A DNA stretch of 64,000 nucleotides from Phycicoccus sp. (GCA_039812375.1 JBDIAO010000003.1:10949-74948), one strand, 5' to 3'. Counted from the stretch's first letter, positions 1-9,902 are shown. Made by a program: numbers and translations. The notes: generated by a model not told the origin, from the sequence alone.

Positions 1-687
1 GTTGCCGGCCACCTTGCCGATGAGCAGCTGGCGGACCGGGATCTTCGTCGTGATGATCTCGACGATCCGGCTCGACTTCTCCTCGACGACGCTGCCCGCA
101 AGGGTCATCCCGAAGGTGATCGAGGACAGGTAGAACAGCAGCGCCAGGGCGAACCCGACTCCCTTGGCGAACCCTTGCTGCTCGGCGTTGCCGATGAGCA
201 GGCCGCTGGTCAGGGTCGCTCCGTGCTCGATTGCCGCCGACGAGGTGCCGGCCTGTGCGGCGTTGACAGCCACCACGTGGACGCGCAGCGCGGTCCCCAT
301 CGCTGCCAGGAGCGATCCGTCGACGGCATTCTTGCCGGTGAGCACCCAGGTGTCGCCGTCCTGGTGCAGCCACGCGTCGGCGGTGCCGTCGAGGAGATGC
401 GCCTTGGCGGCCGCGGCATCCGGCACGTCGAGCACGGTGACTTTCACCGTGTCGTCGACGGCAGTGACGGCAGGTGCGAGCGTCCTGGCGAAGTCGGCGT
501 CCGCGGGGGTGACGGCCACCGTCGAGGTGCTCGTCCGGGCGTCGAGGTAGGCCGTGACGCCCATGAATCCGGCGATCAGCGCGATCGTGACGGCAGTGCC
601 GATCAGGAAGGCCTTGTCAGTGAGCTTGGTGACGATCTCGCGCCGGGCGACGATCCGCCAGGCCACGGTGGTGCGTGCGCTGGTCAT
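1..687 (-). CDS. ABC-2 type transporter permease (N-terminal 229 codons; C-terminus lies beyond window start)
   Basis: Manual minus-strand translation from ATG (complement of 685-687), which overlaps the stop of the upstream ATPase gene (ATGA). It reads MTSARTTVAWRIVARREIVTKLTDKAFLIGTAVTIALIAGF...SVVEEKSSRIVEIITTKIPVRQLLIGKVAGN. A hydrophobic N-terminal helix, a large loop and an EEK-SRIVE-type region are typical of NatB/YhaP-like ABC-2 permeases. It is absent from the ORF track because it is open at the window edge. Confidence 0.7.
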   Translation of the reverse strand, partial: MTSARTTVAWRIVARREIVTKLTDKAFLIGTAVTIALIAGFMGVTAYLDARTSTSTVAVTPADADFARTLAPAVTAVDDTVKVTVLDVPDAAAAKAHLLDGTADAWLHQDGDTWVLTGKNAVDGSLLAAMGTALRVHVVAVNAAQAGTSSAAIEHGATLTSGLLIGNAEQQGFAKGVGFALALLFYLSSITFGMTLAGSVVEEKSSRIVEIITTKIPVRQLLIGKVAGN

Positions 688-1568
688 GCCGTGACCTCCC
701 GGTAGATCTCGGACAAGGTGGGGGTGATCCTGGCGAACTCGACGACCGGACCGCGACGCAGAGCCTCGGCGAGCAGTGTCCGGCCCTGATCTGAGGTCTC
801 GTCCAGTTCGACGATCGCGGTGGGTCCGTCGACGTCGTGGACCTCGATGCCGGCGACGTCCCGGACCCAGCCCGCGTCGCCACCAAGGACGAGCCGGTGC
901 CGCACCGGGCCGGCGTGGCGCAACGCGTCGGTCGACCCGGTGGCCACCACCCGACCCCTGGCAAGAATGACGAGATGGTCGCACAGCCGCTCGACGAGAT
1001 CGAGCTGATGGCTGCTGAAGAGGATAGGTATGCCGCGGGCCGCGTGCTCGCGCAGCAAGTCGGCCATCGAGTCGACGGCGTCGGGGTCTAGTCCGGAGAA
1101 CGGCTCGTCGAGGATAAGCGCCTGTGGCCGGTTCATCAGGGCGGCGATGATCTGGACCCGCTGCTGGTTGCCCAGACTGAGCTTCTCCACTCGCTCACGC
1201 GCCCGATCGGCCAGGTTGAAGCGTTCGAGGTGCTCGAGGATCTCCACGCGAGCGGCGGCGGCGGTCATCCCGGACAGCTCGCCGAGATAGCTGAGCTGGT
1301 CGAGGACTTTCTGCTTGGGATAGAGACCGCGCTCCTCGGGCATGTAGCCGGTGGCCCGCCGATCGGCAGCGGTGACCGGGCGCCCGTTCCAGGTGATGTC
1401 GCCGCCGTGGGTGGCGAGCAGGCCCATGATCATCCGCATGGTGGTGGTCTTGCCGGCGCCGTTGCCGCCGACGAAGCCGGTGAGCAGCCCGTCCGGCACG
1501 GTGAACCTGGCCCCGTCCACTGCGGTGAGGTCACCGAAGCGCCGGGTCAGGGCCGTGATCTCGATCAT
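684..1568 (-). CDS. ABC transporter ATP-binding protein (ABC-2 exporter type)
   Basis: This is the C-terminal 294 aa of ORF 684..2813. Motifs: Walker A GGNGAGKTT, signature LSLGNQQRV, Walker B LILDEPFSGLD, H-loop SSHQL. ATG at 1568 (MIEITALTRRFG). The upstream 415 aa of that ORF are Arg/Pro/Gly-rich shadow sequence. Confidence 0.9.
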   Translation of the reverse strand: MIEITALTRRFGDLTAVDGARFTVPDGLLTGFVGGNGAGKTTTMRMIMGLLATHGGDITWNGRPVTAADRRATGYMPEERGLYPKQKVLDQLSYLGELSGMTAAAARVEILEHLERFNLADRARERVEKLSLGNQQRVQIIAALMNRPQALILDEPFSGLDPDAVDSMADLLREHAARGIPILFSSHQLDLVERLCDHLVILARGRVVATGSTDALRHAGPVRHRLVLGGDAGWVRDVAGIEVHDVDGPTAIVELDETSDQGRTLLAEALRRGPVVEFARITPTLSEIYREVTA

Positions 1569-1724
1569 GGCCCCCAGGTTAGGGGGCCGTGGAGTGCGTG
1601 GTGATCCGCCGTGGGACGGGTTCGCTCCTCCCCCCTGAGGATGAGCCGGGCGGCGACGGCCTCGTCCGCGGGACCGGCTCACGAGAAGTACCATGGTCGC
1701 CACGACGCAGGAGGGGTGTGCCTG

Positions 1725-2717
1725 ATGGGACCGGTGCGCCCCGAGGAGCACGACGACCCGGTGGCTGCTGTGCTGGCTGCCCACCACGCCGGGGTGGGCT
1801 TGTCCCTGCCGACGTCGGGGACCACGGGTCCTCCGCGGCGGGTGCTGCGGTCCACGCAATCCTGGTGGGGCAGTTTCGAGGCGTACGGCGAGCTCAGTGA
1901 GGTGACTGCGGGCGCGCGGCTGTGGCTGCCCGGCCCGCTGACCTCGACGATGGTGCTCTTCGCGGCGGTCCATGCCGCCGTGGTGGACGCAGTTCAGGTG
2001 GTCGACCCCGCTGAGGCGACGCATGCGTGTCTGACGCCGGCCCAGCTGACGCTGCGCGGCGGGCAGCTCTCGCCCGGGACACACGTCGTCGTGGCCGGAG
2101 CACACCTGAGCGATATCCAGCGCGCGCAGGCCGTGGATCACGGGCTGAGCCTGAGCCACTATTACGGCGCAGCCGAGTTGAGCTTCGTGGCCGCGGGCCG
2201 AACCTCCGGGGAGCTCCGCCCGTTTTCCGGGGTCGAGGTCGACGTGCGGGACACCCCACACGAGGGCACGATCTGGGTCCGTTCGCCGTGGGTGTGCACC
2301 GGCTACGAGGGGTCCCCTGGTGCGTTGCGCCGGGACGGGCACTGGGCCACGGTCGGCGATCTGGGGCGGTGGCAGGCGGGCACCCTCGAGGTCTTCGGCC
2401 GTCCCGGTGCGGTGACGACCGCGGGGGCCACCGTCTCCGTCGCGGAGGTTGAGGCGTATCTGCGCCCCGGCGCTGGTGGACCCTTCGCCGTGCACGGCGT
2501 CCCCCATCCGACGCTCGGGGAAGTGCTCGCGGTGACCTTCGTCGACCCCGCCGACCGGGCTCGGCTCGAGATCGCCGCCCGGGCCCTGCCGGCCACTCAC
2601 CGGCCACGCCTGTGGCGCCGGGCTGACCGGCTCCCACTGACCCCGGCCGGCAAGGTCGACCGAGCGAGAATGGCCACCGGCGTCACCCCGGTCGACCCAG
2701 CGGGCGGTCCCTGGTGA
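1725..2717 (+). CDS. AMP-dependent synthetase/ligase, short form (ANL family, MenE-like length)
   Basis: ANL core motifs LPTSGTTGPPRRV, YYGAAELSF, ATVGDLG and PLTPAGKVDR. ATG 1725 is preceded by GCAGGAGGGG. At about 330 aa it lacks the usual roughly 150-aa N-terminal part. Its stop overlaps the next start (GTGA at 2714-2717). Confidence 0.75.
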   Translation: MGPVRPEEHDDPVAAVLAAHHAGVGLSLPTSGTTGPPRRVLRSTQSWWGSFEAYGELSEVTAGARLWLPGPLTSTMVLFAAVHAAVVDAVQVVDPAEATHACLTPAQLTLRGGQLSPGTHVVVAGAHLSDIQRAQAVDHGLSLSHYYGAAELSFVAAGRTSGELRPFSGVEVDVRDTPHEGTIWVRSPWVCTGYEGSPGALRRDGHWATVGDLGRWQAGTLEVFGRPGAVTTAGATVSVAEVEAYLRPGAGGPFAVHGVPHPTLGEVLAVTFVDPADRARLEIAARALPATHRPRLWRRADRLPLTPAGKVDRARMATGVTPVDPAGGPW

Positions 2718-3916
2718 CCGGGGTGGCAATCGTGGCCGCGCGGCGCACCCCGATCGGCACCGCCGGGCGCGGGTTGGCCAGGCTCTCCGTCGCTGATCTG
2801 GGGGCTGCCGCACTTCGAGCAGTGGTCCGGGAGGTCGGCGCCGTCCCCGACGAGGTGATCCTGGGCAACTGCATGGGCCCCGGCGGGAACCCCGCCCGGG
2901 TGGCCGCGCTCACTGCCGGTCTGCCCGACTCGGTTCCGGCGCTCACCATCGATCGCCAGTGCGCGAGCGGCCTGGCCGCGATCGAGCTCGGGATCCGAAT
3001 CGTCCAAGGCGGCAAGGAGCTCGTCGTGGCCGGCGGGATGGAGAGCGCATCGACCGCACCATGGCGGTTCTGGCCGCCCACGGATGAGGCAGCATCTGGA
3101 TCCGGGGCCTCTGGTTCTGCCGGCCCTTCTCCGGCCACCCCGGGCACGCTGGTGAGATATGAGCGGGCACCTTTCGCCCCCGGACCACGAGACGTCGATA
3201 TGGGACGTGCCGCCGACCTGCTCGCCCGGGATCACGGCATCACCCGAGAGCGTCAGGACCGCTACGCGGCCCGGTCCCACGCCTATGCGGTGGCCGCTCA
3301 GCAAGCCGGGGAGTTCGCCGATGAACTCGTCCCGGTCACCGGCCTGGACCGCGACGAGCGGCCCCGCTCCAGCCTCGGGGTGGCCCAGCTCTCGCGGTTC
3401 CCGGCTATCTTCCGACAGGGTGGGACCGTGACCGTGGGCAACTCGTGTGGGATCAACGACGGGGCAGCAGCGGTGGCCCTGGTCCCCGAGGAGAGCCTGC
3501 GGCATACGGCCTCCCGCAACCGGGCAGACCAATCGAGGTCCGTCGGCTTGCGGGTGCTTGGGGCCGCGAGCGCAGGTGTCGCCCCGGAGCAGCCCGGGAT
3601 CGGGATCGTGCCGGCGGCGCGCGCCGCTCTGCAGCAGGCCGGGGTCGGTCTGGACGATCTCGACGTCATCGAGTTCAACGAGGCATTCGCCGGGCAGGTT
3701 CTCGCCTGTTGCGACGAGCTGCGCATCGACCCCGAGCGGGTCTGTCGCGGTGGCGGCGCGTTGGCGTTGGGACATCCCTGGGGAGCCAGCGGTGCAGTGC
3801 TCATGGTTCGCCTGTTCACTCAGCTCGTCCGCCAGCGGCGGGGCCGGCTCGGCCTCGCCGCGATCGCCGCCGGGGGCGGGCAAGGCACGGCCGTGGTGGT
3901 GGCCGCGTGCCGGTGA
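2714..3916 (+). CDS. acetyl-CoA C-acyltransferase (thiolase)
   Basis: N-terminus VAIVAARRTPIGTAGRG, nucleophile region IDRQCASGLAAI, C-terminal HPWGASGA and AAGGGQGTAVVV. About 400 aa, typical of thiolases. Confidence 0.9.
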   Translation: MTGVAIVAARRTPIGTAGRGLARLSVADLGAAALRAVVREVGAVPDEVILGNCMGPGGNPARVAALTAGLPDSVPALTIDRQCASGLAAIELGIRIVQGGKELVVAGGMESASTAPWRFWPPTDEAASGSGASGSAGPSPATPGTLVRYERAPFAPGPRDVDMGRAADLLARDHGITRERQDRYAARSHAYAVAAQQAGEFADELVPVTGLDRDERPRSSLGVAQLSRFPAIFRQGGTVTVGNSCGINDGAAAVALVPEESLRHTASRNRADQSRSVGLRVLGAASAGVAPEQPGIGIVPAARAALQQAGVGLDDLDVIEFNEAFAGQVLACCDELRIDPERVCRGGGALALGHPWGASGAVLMVRLFTQLVRQRRGRLGLAAIAAGGGQGTAVVVAACR

Positions 3917-4605
3917 TCGAGTTCGACCGGGTCGGCCATGCCTTTCCTGACTCGGGCGGAGGCGCCACGACCGTCCTGCGGGACGTCACGGTGCACCTGA
4001 GCGAGCACCGGATCGGGGTCATCGGGGCCAACGGCTCAGGCAAGTCGACGTTCGCACGGATGCTCAATGCGCTCGTGGTGCCGTCGTCGGGACACGTGCG
4101 GATCGACGGGTTGGACAGCGCACGCGAGGCACGGACGATCCGGCGGCGGGTGGGGTTCTGCTTCACCGATCCCGACGCGCAGATCGTCATGCCGACGGTG
4201 CAGGAGGACCTCGCGTTCAGCCTGCGCCGGTGGCGCCTACCCAAGGATGAGGTCACCCGCCGGGTTGACGCGGCCCTGGACTCCTACGGCCTGCGAGCTC
4301 ACCGTGCCCAGCCCGCACATCTGCTTTCCGGTGGCCAGAAGCAGCTGCTCGCCCTGGCGGCGGTGCTCATCACCGATCCGGAGCTGGTCGTCATGGACGA
4401 GCCGACGACCTTGCTCGACCTGGCCAACACCCAGCGGATCCGGGACCTCGTGTCACGGCTCGCGCCGCAGGTCGTCCTGGCCACCCACCACCTGGATCTG
4501 CTCACCGGCTTCGACCGAGTGCTCGTCCTGCACGAGGGCCGGTTGGTCTTCGACGGCGAGCCCGCCGAGGCCATCGGGCACTACCAAGCGCTGGTGCTGT
4601 CGTGA
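3907..4605 (+). CDS. energy-coupling-factor (ECF) transporter ATPase (EcfA/BioM/CbiO-like)
   Basis: Walker A GANGSGKST, signature LSGGQKQL, Walker B VVMDEPTTLLD. In-frame GTG at 3907 (alternative 3913) overlaps the thiolase stop at 3914-3916. The upstream part of ORF 3445..4605 is Arg-rich shadow. Confidence 0.85.
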   Translation: MPVIEFDRVGHAFPDSGGGATTVLRDVTVHLSEHRIGVIGANGSGKSTFARMLNALVVPSSGHVRIDGLDSAREARTIRRRVGFCFTDPDAQIVMPTVQEDLAFSLRRWRLPKDEVTRRVDAALDSYGLRAHRAQPAHLLSGGQKQLLALAAVLITDPELVVMDEPTTLLDLANTQRIRDLVSRLAPQVVLATHHLDLLTGFDRVLVLHEGRLVFDGEPAEAIGHYQALVLS

Positions 4606-5207
4606 CCGCCCTGGCCACCTTCGTCGAGCGGAACTCACCGGTGCACCGCCTCCCCGCAGGAGCCAAGCTGGCCGCGCTCGTCGCTGCGGCTGCGCTCAGT
4701 GTGCTGCTGCGGCACTGGTGGCAGGTGCTGGTCCTGCTCGCCCTGGTTGCCGGCCTGTATGCCGCCGCCGCGATCCCGTGGCGGACGGCGGTCGCCCAAC
4801 TGCGGCCGGTACTGTGGCTGGTGGTGGCGATCGGCGCCTTCCAGGTCATCGTTGCCGGCTGGGAGCCGGCAGTGCTCGTCTGCGGGGGGATCGTGACCCT
4901 GGTAGCGCTGGCGGCACTGGTCAGTCTGACCACCCGTACCGACGCTCTCGTCGACGCCCTGGTGCGGGCCAGCCAGCCGTTGCGCCACTTCGGGATCGAA
5001 CCCGAACGGGTCGGATTGCTGGTCTCCTTGGGGATTCGGTCGGTCCCGATCATCACCGGCTTGGCACGGCAGGTGCGGGACGCCCAGCTGGCCCGCGGTG
5101 CCGGGACCCACCCTGTCGCGTTCCTGACGCCACTGGTGGTGCGCAGCCTGCGGCACGCGGACCGGGTCGCCGAGGCCTTGGCCGCCCGGGGCCTCGATGA
5201 CTACTGA
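4602..5207 (+). CDS. ECF transporter transmembrane (T) component (EcfT/BioN/CbiQ-like)
   Basis: A 201-aa polytopic membrane protein with two Ala-Arg-Gly coupling motifs (AQLARGAG, ALAARGLD). GTGA start/stop overlap with the ATPase gene. Confidence 0.85.
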   Translation: MTALATFVERNSPVHRLPAGAKLAALVAAAALSVLLRHWWQVLVLLALVAGLYAAAAIPWRTAVAQLRPVLWLVVAIGAFQVIVAGWEPAVLVCGGIVTLVALAALVSLTTRTDALVDALVRASQPLRHFGIEPERVGLLVSLGIRSVPIITGLARQVRDAQLARGAGTHPVAFLTPLVVRSLRHADRVAEALAARGLDDY

Positions 5208-5246
5208 GTCACCACAGCAGCGCAGCAACACAACAACGCAGCAGGG

Positions 5247-5846
5247 TCAGAGCACGCCCTCCGGCGTTGCGGCCCGGCGAGACGATCGTGGTGGGAGCAG
5301 GCGTGGATCCGCCCGGTGCACGGCCCCGGCGACGACAGCGGCCAGGACCGCCTTGGCCAGGTCCCCGACGAGGAAGAGCGCGCTGCCGGCCATCGCCGCC
5401 GTCAGCGGGATCCCGGCCCGCCAGGCCGTGACTGGGACGCCGATGGCATAGAGCACGACGATGCCGCCGAAGATGATCGACATCAACCCGTAGGCGAAGG
5501 AGTACGGCGCACCCCGCCGGTACACCAGGGCACCGATAACGTATGCCGCGACCGGGAAGCCGACGACATAGCCGGCGCTCGGCCCAGCGAAGACGCCCAG
5601 CCCGCCACGCCCACCGGCCAGCAGCGGCAAGCCCAGGGCGACGAGCAGCACGAAGAATGACACAGCGGCCGCCGCGCGGCGCGGCCCCAGCACCGCACCG
5701 ACGAGCATGACGCCCAGTGTCTGGAGGGTGATCGGCACCGGGAATCCGAACGGGGCGAACGCCGGCACCAGACCCAGGACGGCGATGAACGCAGCGAACG
5801 TCGCCGTCAGCGCGATTTCCCGGGTGCGGCTCGAAGGATCTGTCAA
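5247..5846 (-). CDS. bioY: biotin transporter S component BioY
   Basis: A 199-aa protein with about 6 TM helices and BioY-like blocks: FAPFGFPVPITLQTLGVMLVGAVLGPRRAA, GPSAGYVVGFP, FLVGDLAKAVLAA. Convergent with the ECF A/T genes. Confidence 0.9.
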   Translation of the reverse strand: MTDPSSRTREIALTATFAAFIAVLGLVPAFAPFGFPVPITLQTLGVMLVGAVLGPRRAAAAVSFFVLLVALGLPLLAGGRGGLGVFAGPSAGYVVGFPVAAYVIGALVYRRGAPYSFAYGLMSIIFGGIVVLYAIGVPVTAWRAGIPLTAAMAGSALFLVGDLAKAVLAAVVAGAVHRADPRLLPPRSSRRAATPEGVL

Positions 5847-5903
5847 CGCAACTCCTGGTGGATGGGTCCTCAGTGGCGCCCCCGATTCTGCCCTCGTCCC
5901 ATG

Positions 5904-5935
5904 GCTGGTCCGTCACGGGGCTGGTCCGCCACGGG
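5904..5935. repeat. 16-nt tandem repeat upstream of bioY
   Basis: GCTGGTCCGTCACGGG (5904-5919) and GCTGGTCCGCCACGGG (5920-5935), with 1 mismatch. Confidence 0.85.
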
Positions 5936-5958
5936 ACTGGAGCAGGCGCTCGGCCGGC

Positions 5959-6756
5959 TCACTTCTCGGGCAGGTTCAGTCCGTTCTCGTAGGCGAAGAC
6001 GACCGCCTGGACCCGGTCGCGCAGGTGCAGCTTGGCGAGGATGTTCGACACATGCGTCTTGATCGTCGCCTCGCCGAGATGCAGCTCCCGGGCGATCTCC
6101 GCGTTGGACATCCCCCGCGCGACCAGGGCGAGCACCTCCCGCTCCCGGTCGGTCAGGTGGGCCAGCTCAGCCTCCTCCCCGGCACTCGACCGGGCGTGAG
6201 CTGTCACCTGCGGGGCCCCGCCCACGGACGGTTCTTCCGACGCGGCTGCGTCGATCGGTCCGGTTGGGCGTGCGCGTGCCGTCATCGCGGCGATGACCCG
6301 GCGGGTCACCTCCGGCGCGAGCAGGGCGTGTCCGCGCCCGACCACCCGAACGGCATCGACGAGTTGTTCCGGTTCGCAGTTCTTCAGCAGGAAGCCACTG
6401 GCGCCGGCCGCGAGCCCGTCGAAGAGGTAGTCGTCCCGGTCGAAAGTGGTGAGGATGACGACTCTCCCCAGGTCCTCGGCGACGATGGCTCGGGTCGCCT
6501 CGACGCCGTCCATCACCGGCATCTGCACATCCATCAGGATGACATCCGGTGTCAGCTCGCGCGCCCGTTCGAGCGCGGCAGCACCGTTGTCCGCCACCCC
6601 GACGACGCACAGGTCGTCCTCGACCGAGAGGATCATCGCGAAGCCGGAGCGGACGAGCTGCTGGTCGTCGACGATGAGCACCCGCAGCGGCGCGGTGGAG
6701 TCGGCGTGCCCGCGCTTCGTGGGGTCGGCGGGCTCAGGGGCCTCAGCCATCGTCAC
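5959..6756 (-). CDS. LuxR/NarL-family two-component response regulator
   Basis: Receiver domain VLIVDDQQLVRSGF...DVILMDVQMPVMDG...GASGFLLK. C-terminal LuxR HTH LTDREREVLALVARGMSNAEIARELHLGEATIKTHVSNILAKL. Confidence 0.9.
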   Translation of the reverse strand: MTMAEAPEPADPTKRGHADSTAPLRVLIVDDQQLVRSGFAMILSVEDDLCVVGVADNGAAALERARELTPDVILMDVQMPVMDGVEATRAIVAEDLGRVVILTTFDRDDYLFDGLAAGASGFLLKNCEPEQLVDAVRVVGRGHALLAPEVTRRVIAAMTARARPTGPIDAAASEEPSVGGAPQVTAHARSSAGEEAELAHLTDREREVLALVARGMSNAEIARELHLGEATIKTHVSNILAKLHLRDRVQAVVFAYENGLNLPEK

Positions 6757-8116
6757 TGCGCACCGGGATCCGCATCCGGACCCGATAGCCGCCGGTGGCG
6801 CGAGGGCCGATGTCGACCGCCCCGTTCAGGGATGCAGCCCGCTCCCGGATGCCGAGCTGCCCGAGCCCGGATCCGGAGGTGCCGCAGCGGGGCCGCCCAT
6901 CGTCGATGACCTCGACCTCGGCATACGGAGCGGGGGCGTCGGTGACGACGCGCACGACGAGCCGTGCCGAGCGGGCGGTGGAGTGCCGACTCACATTAGC
7001 CAACGCCTCCTGGGCCACCCGATAGAGGGACAACGACTGCGGCTCGGTCAATGTCGCCGCCGCACCCGGTGGTGACTCCACGAGGTCATAGGCCACGGTG
7101 AGCGCAGACTCGCCGCGCTCTGCCACCAGCGCAGGCAGGTCCCCGACCCCCGGCTCGGGGGAACGCGACCCGACGCCGATCGACCCGGGAGCCACCGGCT
7201 GCGTTCCTTCGAGATCTCGCAGAGTGCCCAGCAGGGCATGCATCTGGCTCACTGCCTCCCGGCTCGAGCTCTCGATGTGTCCCAGCGCGACCGAGGCGGC
7301 CTCGGGATCCCTGGTCAGGACCCGGCGTGCCGCGCCGGCCTGGATCCCGATGACCGACACGTGATGGCCGACCACGTCGTGCAGCTCACGGGCGATCCGG
7401 AGCCGCTCGTCCAGGACTGCCCGTGCCTTGAGCGAGTCCGCCTGCTCAGCGATCGTCGCCGCCTGTTCGGCGAGCCGAGCCTTTTGCCGAGCCCCCCGCC
7501 AGGACACCTGCCCACCGACGACCGCCCCGGCGAAGTAGATGACGTTGACGGCGACGCTGAGCAACACCGCCGCTGTCACCGGTCCGAAGAGGCCCTGCAC
7601 CGTCAGAGACCGGGTCTCGCGCAGGATGTCCTGGGCGCCGGAGCCGAGCACCAACTGCCAGGTGACCCAGAGGAACATGAGCAGGACGATGGCCGAGACG
7701 ACTGCGAGGGCAGCCCGGCGGCTGCGTGCCCAGGACACCATCGACAGCAGCGCGACGAAGTAGACGATCTGCAGCGAGACCTGGCTCATGACCGTCGGCA
7801 TGGTGACCCCGACGACGAACATATGCCCCGCCGCGAGCACCCCGACGCTGAGCGGGTAGCGCCGACGGGCAACGAGCAGCATCGCCCCGGTGGTCACCGC
7901 GAGCCACTGCACCCAACGTGGTGCTGCGGTGTGCTCGAGCACCCCGAGGCTGCGGCTCAACTCGAGGAAGAACAGCCCGGCCGCATCCATCCCAGCGGCC
8001 AGGGCGATGTCGGCGGCGCCGATCTGCGGCGCCGGCCGCACCCAGTCGTCATCGAGAGCCCACCAGGCGCGCAGCCGGGCGAGCCCGCCCCGCGGCGACC
8101 CTGCGGCAGAGGTCAT
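6743..8116 (-). CDS. sensor histidine kinase (HisKA_3 type, pairs with NarL-family regulator)
   Basis: Multi-TM N-terminus. H-box [20 protein letters not shown]. ATPase region [10 protein letters not shown]...DDGRP...[16 protein letters not shown] 8116 overlaps the serS stop (ATGA). Confidence 0.85.
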   Translation of the reverse strand: MTSAAGSPRGGLARLRAWWALDDDWVRPAPQIGAADIALAAGMDAAGLFFLELSRSLGVLEHTAAPRWVQWLAVTTGAMLLVARRRYPLSVGVLAAGHMFVVGVTMPTVMSQVSLQIVYFVALLSMVSWARSRRAALAVVSAIVLLMFLWVTWQLVLGSGAQDILRETRSLTVQGLFGPVTAAVLLSVAVNVIYFAGAVVGGQVSWRGARQKARLAEQAATIAEQADSLKARAVLDERLRIARELHDVVGHHVSVIGIQAGAARRVLTRDPEAASVALGHIESSSREAVSQMHALLGTLRDLEGTQPVAPGSIGVGSRSPEPGVGDLPALVAERGESALTVAYDLVESPPGAAATLTEPQSLSLYRVAQEALANVSRHSTARSARLVVRVVTDAPAPYAEVEVIDDGRPRCGTSGSGLGQLGIRERAASLNGAVDIGPRATGGYRVRMRIPVRSDDG

Positions 8117-9384
8117 CTGCGCAGCGGGGTGAGGACGTCGAGGCCGACGCCCGGGCGCAGCGCGTGCGGGACGAGCACCGAACCGTCGGCCCGCTGGTGG
8201 TTCTCCAGGAGCGCGACGAGCCAGCGAGTCGTCGCCAAGGTGCCGTTGAGGGTGGCCGCGACCTCGTTGCCGCTCTCCCCCTTGAACCGGGTGTTCAGCC
8301 GCCGAGCCTGGAAGGTGGTGCAGTTGCTCGTCGAGGTGAGCTCGCGGTATCGCCCTTGGCTGGGAATCCAGGCCTCACAGTCGAACTTGCGAGCTGCGGG
8401 GCCACCGAGGTCACCGGCCGCGGTGTCGATGATCCGATAGGGCACCTCGATCGTGGCGAGCATCTCCTTTTCCAGGTCGAGCAGCCGTCGGTGCTCGGCT
8501 CGGGCGTCCCGCGGGTCGCAATAGACGAACATCTCGATCTTGTTGAACTGGTGCACCCTGATGATGCCCCGGGTGTCCTTGCCGTAGGAGCCGGCCTCGC
8601 GCCGATAGCACGTGGACTGCCCGGCGTAGCGGATTGGACCGCCGGAGACGTCGATGACCTCGTCGGCGTGGTAGCCGGCCAGGGCCACCTCCGAGGTCCC
8701 GGTGAGGAAAAGGTCGTCGGCGGGGAGGTGATAGACCTCCTCGAGGTGGTGGTCGATGAACCCAGCGCCGGCCATGGTCGTCCGATTGACCAGGGTCGGG
8801 GTAATCAGCGGGACGAACCCGCGCTCGATCGCCGTGCCCATCGCCAGGGACAGCAGCGCCATCTCGAGACGGGCCCCGACGCCCTTGAGGAAGTAGAAAC
8901 GGGCCCCGGCGACCTTGGCCCCGCGGGGCATGTCGATGGCGTCGAGTCCCTCGGCGAGGTCGAGGTGGTCCTTGGGTTGGAACCCTTCAGCGGCAAAGTC
9001 GCGAGGGGTGCCGATCGTCTCCAGGACGGTGTAGTCCTCTTCGCCGCCCGCCGGCACGCCGTCCTCGACGACGTTGCCGATGCCGGTCATCAGGGCCTGC
9101 AGGGCAGTGTCTGCCTGGTCGGCGGCAGCCTGGAGCGCCTTGACCCGCGCGGCGATGTCCTTGGTGCGGGCGAGCAGGGTCTGCCTCTGAGCACCTTGGG
9201 CCCGGGCGATGTCCTTACCGACTACCTTCTGCTCGGCCCGGGCCTGCTCGAATGCCGTCAGCGCCGCCCGCCGTCGTGCGTCCGCATCGAGGATGTCGTC
9301 GACCACCGACTCCGCCTCGCCCCGGGCACGCTGGCTGGCTCGAACGGCGTCGGGATCCTCCCGCAGGAGCCGGATGTCGATCAC
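8113..9384 (-). CDS. serS: serine--tRNA ligase
   Basis: 423 aa. N-terminal coiled-coil arm [23 protein letters not shown]. Class II motifs [25 protein letters not shown] and [18 protein letters not shown]. The GTG start overlaps the upstream stop. Confidence 0.95.
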   Translation of the reverse strand: MIDIRLLREDPDAVRASQRARGEAESVVDDILDADARRRAALTAFEQARAEQKVVGKDIARAQGAQRQTLLARTKDIAARVKALQAAADQADTALQALMTGIGNVVEDGVPAGGEEDYTVLETIGTPRDFAAEGFQPKDHLDLAEGLDAIDMPRGAKVAGARFYFLKGVGARLEMALLSLAMGTAIERGFVPLITPTLVNRTTMAGAGFIDHHLEEVYHLPADDLFLTGTSEVALAGYHADEVIDVSGGPIRYAGQSTCYRREAGSYGKDTRGIIRVHQFNKIEMFVYCDPRDARAEHRRLLDLEKEMLATIEVPYRIIDTAAGDLGGPAARKFDCEAWIPSQGRYRELTSTSNCTTFQARRLNTRFKGESGNEVAATLNGTLATTRWLVALLENHQRADGSVLVPHALRPGVGLDVLTPLRR

Positions 9385-9902
9385 TGGGGGAGTCTATCGA
9401 CGCCCACGTCGTGCAGGTGGTGCGCCATCTCGTGCAGGCCATACCGGGCCAGGGTGAGCACCGTGAAGACCTTGCCGTCGCCGCGGATCCCCGACCGCTG
9501 CCACTGCCCGCCGCTCAGGCCCGCGAGCCGCCCCGCCCAGTCGGCAGCCGCGACGCTCAGATCCTCGGCGACCGCAGCGGGTTCCTGACCGGCGTAGTCG
9601 TCCTGCACGGCAGCACCCTCGGCGTCCCAGTTGGTGAAGGTCGGGCCGGCCTGGCCGAGCATGAGGTCGGTGCGGGTGGCGAAGACCCGGCACACGTCCC
9701 GCACGTGCGCGGCATACTCCAGCGGCGACCACGTGTCCGGGTCGGGGCGGCTCCGGGCTCGGGGCCCGGCCATGACATCCGGCCACAGGCTGGCGTATGC
9801 CGTGAGCAGGCGGGGAATGTCCTGCTCACCGACTCCGGCAGCATCGACGCCGCACTGCGGGCAGACCCGCTCGATCGTCCAGGTCCAGTCCTTGGTGTCC
9901 AT
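9381..9902 (-). CDS. DinB-fold / mycothiol-maleylpyruvate-isomerase-like N-terminal domain protein
   Basis: 173 aa from ATG 9902 ([18 protein letters not shown]...). Contains [12 protein letters not shown] and a C-terminal [10 protein letters not shown] His-rich metal-site-like motif typical of DinB_2 proteins. The upstream part of ORF 9381..10232 was rejected as shadow. Confidence 0.65.
   Translation of the reverse strand: MDTKDWTWTIERVCPQCGVDAAGVGEQDIPRLLTAYASLWPDVMAGPRARSRPDPDTWSPLEYAAHVRDVCRVFATRTDLMLGQAGPTFTNWDAEGAAVQDDYAGQEPAAVAEDLSVAAADWAGRLAGLSGGQWQRSGIRGDGKVFTVLTLARYGLHEMAHHLHDVGVDRLPQ

Noticed and set aside
684-2813. 709-aa ORF suggesting a very large ABC protein
   Set aside because: Only the last 294 aa (from MIEITAL at 1568) resemble an ABC ATPase. 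The upstream part is shadow sequence antisense to the ANL ligase gene.
5847-5958. Possible riboswitch or BirA/BioQ operator upstream of bioY
   Set aside because: I could recognise no biotin-regulator palindrome and no known riboswitch core. Only the 16-nt tandem repeat is present, and it is reported separately at low interest.
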